Shown in pieces: positions 62,111 through 64,000 of a DNA stretch of 64,000 nucleotides (position 1 is the first letter of the stretch; each line of letters begins with the position of its first letter). This stretch comes from an uncultured cyanobacterium (GTDB taxonomy: Bacteria > Cyanobacteriota > Cyanobacteriia > PCC-9006 > JAAUQQ01). Location of the stretch: NCBI GenBank assembly GCA_963718615.1, contig OY970368.1, positions 5,952,001 through 6,016,000 on the forward strand. The letters are read 5' to 3'. Both the position numbers and the translations under genes were made by a program. A model generated the notes under the pieces. The model did no database searches, was not told the origin of the DNA, and saw only the letters and a program-made list of their open reading frames with translations.

Positions 62111-63661
62111 TTAGGTGTCGTGATTGACGTAGTCGAGGTGGGGGCCGCAGTAGCCAATTTGAATTTTGTTGTCGGCGATCGCAAAATAAATTTGTAGGGC
62201 TCCAGCACGGCCCGTTATCGTCATATGCTGGGTCATGATTTTGGCTTGGCCTTGGTGGGAAAACCGTCGCTGCTCGCCGTAGCGGTCCAGGGTGGCCTGG
62301 GATTCGTGGGGACGATATTTGCTGCCGATGTCGGGTTTTTCGGCCATGGCTTCTTCCCAGCTTTTGCCCATGGGGATGCCGTGGGCACGGCATTCTAGGT
62401 CGATGCGGCCAATTTCGGCGATCGCCCGCAGACTCCAATAAACCTTCTTAAATTTGCCTTTTTTCTGGTCACAGACCGCCGCCGCTGCCCGTTTTGCGCT
62501 ATCCCAAATTTCTAAGACATCGCCAAATTCGGTTTCGATTTGCGTTAAGACCTCACTCAGGTTGTTAAAGGAATAGGATTGCTCTATAGCGACTTGTGAA
62601 GCTTTGAGCTGGCGTAATTCTTCTTCGGTTTTTAAGCGCTCGGCGATCGCTTCCTGAATCCGCCATTCGAGAAAATGAATTCGGGAGTTTTGTTGTTGAG
62701 TCTGAAGTTCTTGACGCAGTGTTTCGATTTCGTGCTCTAATTCTGCATTCAGAGTTACGCTTAGTTCAACGTCTTCTTCCAAAGCTTTGATTTTCCGTTG
62801 CAGATCAGCTTCAAGCCGGTTAAGCTGGTAAATATGCTGCTGAAGATCATGTTTTTCTTGGGCAAGGTACTGACGCTGTTGGCGCAGACTCTCGGTTTCA
62901 TCTTGGGCAACTTTGAGCTCAGCTTCGATGGCAGCGCGTTTTTGGGAGAATTGCGATCGCTCAATGTCTAACTGCTCATAAGCCTCTTGCTTTGCTTCTT
63001 GCTTCTCCTGGAGCTGAGCTTCAAGAATCGCAATTTGGGGAGAAACTTGATCAAGGGATTGAGATTCTAATCGCGCTTCTAGTTGTTCAACCTGCTGCTG
63101 ATGTTGGGTAATCTGCTGCTGAAGTTGCTGGATTTCTTGATTGAGTTCGGCTTGTTTTTTACCAACTTGACGTTGTAGCTGCTTGGCGTCTTGGTAGAGT
63201 TTGTCTTTTTCTTGATCAATTTGTCGTTGAAACTGTTTGACTTGGAGATAAAGATCACTCTTATCATGCTCGACCAGCTTGAGCATGGCTTGTTTCTTAG
63301 CAAGTTCGGCTTTGAGGGCGATCGCATATTCCAAAACCACCCAACCACTGGAGCTCAGGAGCACCAGCAAAAACAGCGTTCGCAAATAATGGGAGGTTGT
63401 AAAAAATGCCTGGGGGGTTTGTACCCCTTCGACCAAGGGCGAGGCGTCGCGTGGGGAAAGTGTGGCTAATCCTTCTGACTGTCGTTCCTGTTCCGTTAGC
63501 CAGCTATGGCCCGAGGCTAACCCTACCGTCACCATCATCAGCAGCAACCAGCGACTTAAAGCCATGGGTCTCCAATGGATACTGGTGTTCATGCTCGAAC
63601 GCTCTGACCTAGCTCGATGCTGTCCTTTGAGTGTGCCGTGACATGGCATGGGTTGCGTCAT
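62111..63661 (-). CDS. Two-TM, long coiled-coil protein with RelE-like C-terminal domain
   Basis: Two hydrophobic helices; Q/E-rich heptads; M..H...QIYF...IGYCGPHL; start uncertain. Confidence 0.7.
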   Translation of the reverse strand: MTQPMPCHGTLKGQHRARSERSSMNTSIHWRPMALSRWLLLMMVTVGLASGHSWLTEQERQSEGLATLSPRDASPLVEGVQTPQAFFTTSHYLRTLFLLVLLSSSGWVVLEYAIALKAELAKKQAMLKLVEHDKSDLYLQVKQFQRQIDQEKDKLYQDAKQLQRQVGKKQAELNQEIQQLQQQITQHQQQVEQLEARLESQSLDQVSPQIAILEAQLQEKQEAKQEAYEQLDIERSQFSQKRAAIEAELKVAQDETESLRQQRQYLAQEKHDLQQHIYQLNRLEADLQRKIKALEEDVELSVTLNAELEHEIETLRQELQTQQQNSRIHFLEWRIQEAIAERLKTEEELRQLKASQVAIEQSYSFNNLSEVLTQIETEFGDVLEIWDSAKRAAAAVCDQKKGKFKKVYWSLRAIAEIGRIDLECRAHGIPMGKSWEEAMAEKPDIGSKYRPHESQATLDRYGEQRRFSHQGQAKIMTQHMTITGRAGALQIYFAIADNKIQIGYCGPHLDYVNHDT

Positions 63662-63831
63662 GCGTGGCTCTCCTGACTAACGAGTGGGAATTAGAACATC
63701 ACTACAGCGGTAGTTTCTGTAATTCCGCCAAAAATGGACAAATTGTTAGACTCGTTTACAGTTGGGCGATCGCGCACCCCATTCAACCCCATTCAACTGT
63801 TAGGATCGGGGCGACAACGCTTCTCGTAACC

Positions 63832-64000
63832 ATGGCCGATCGCATCCTTTTTTGGCACCGCAAAGACCTGCGCCTCTCTGACAATGCCGGACTGGCTGCG
63901 GCGCGACAGCAGAGTCCCCAGGTCACGGGGGTGTTTTGTTTAGATCCAGGCATTCTCGACGGGGACGATGTGGCTCCGGCACGGGTGAAATACATGCTGG
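63832..64000 (+). CDS. DNA photolyase/cryptochrome, 5' part (runs off window)
   Basis: MADRILFWHRKDLRLSDNAGL... Confidence 0.9.
   Translation, partial: MADRILFWHRKDLRLSDNAGLAAARQQSPQVTGVFCLDPGILDGDDVAPARVKYML

Overview
Cyanobacterial chromosomal window. The evidence is many HIP1 octamers (GCGATCGC), ndhM and hetR; a filamentous, probably non-heterocystous strain is an inference. Positions 1-14.7 kb hold the usual cyanobacterial S10-spc-alpha ribosomal superoperon (rpsS to rpmE, with secY, adk, infA, rpoA, truA) followed by prfA. Positions 14.7-34 kb are mostly conserved genes, including a minus-strand signalling run: a His-less DICT 'histidine kinase', ndhM, a pseudokinase-PP2C, a CHAT-FHA protease and a small protein resembling PatU3. 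Positions 34-45.5 kb are an accessory hotspot: a DUF433/PIN toxin-antitoxin pair, an AT-richer four-gene membrane/ABC cassette, a stretch of gene fragments, a ferric-reductase-like gene, and an ATPase plus TPR pair with a 120-bp tandem array followed by xisI. Positions 45.6-64 kb hold a carotenoid oxygenase, an atypical transketolase, Uma2, valS (with an in-frame REP-like palindrome), hetR, a DUF4347-LRR-FG-GAP surface protein, a PLP decarboxylase, a TM-coiled-coil protein with a RelE-like tail and the start of a photolyase. The best candidates for undescribed systems are (1) the PP2C / CHAT-FHA / PatU3-like module, (2) the ATPase plus shuffled-repeat TPR pair and (3) the small-membrane-protein plus fused-ABC cassette. 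All family assignments come from motif recognition by eye, without database searches.
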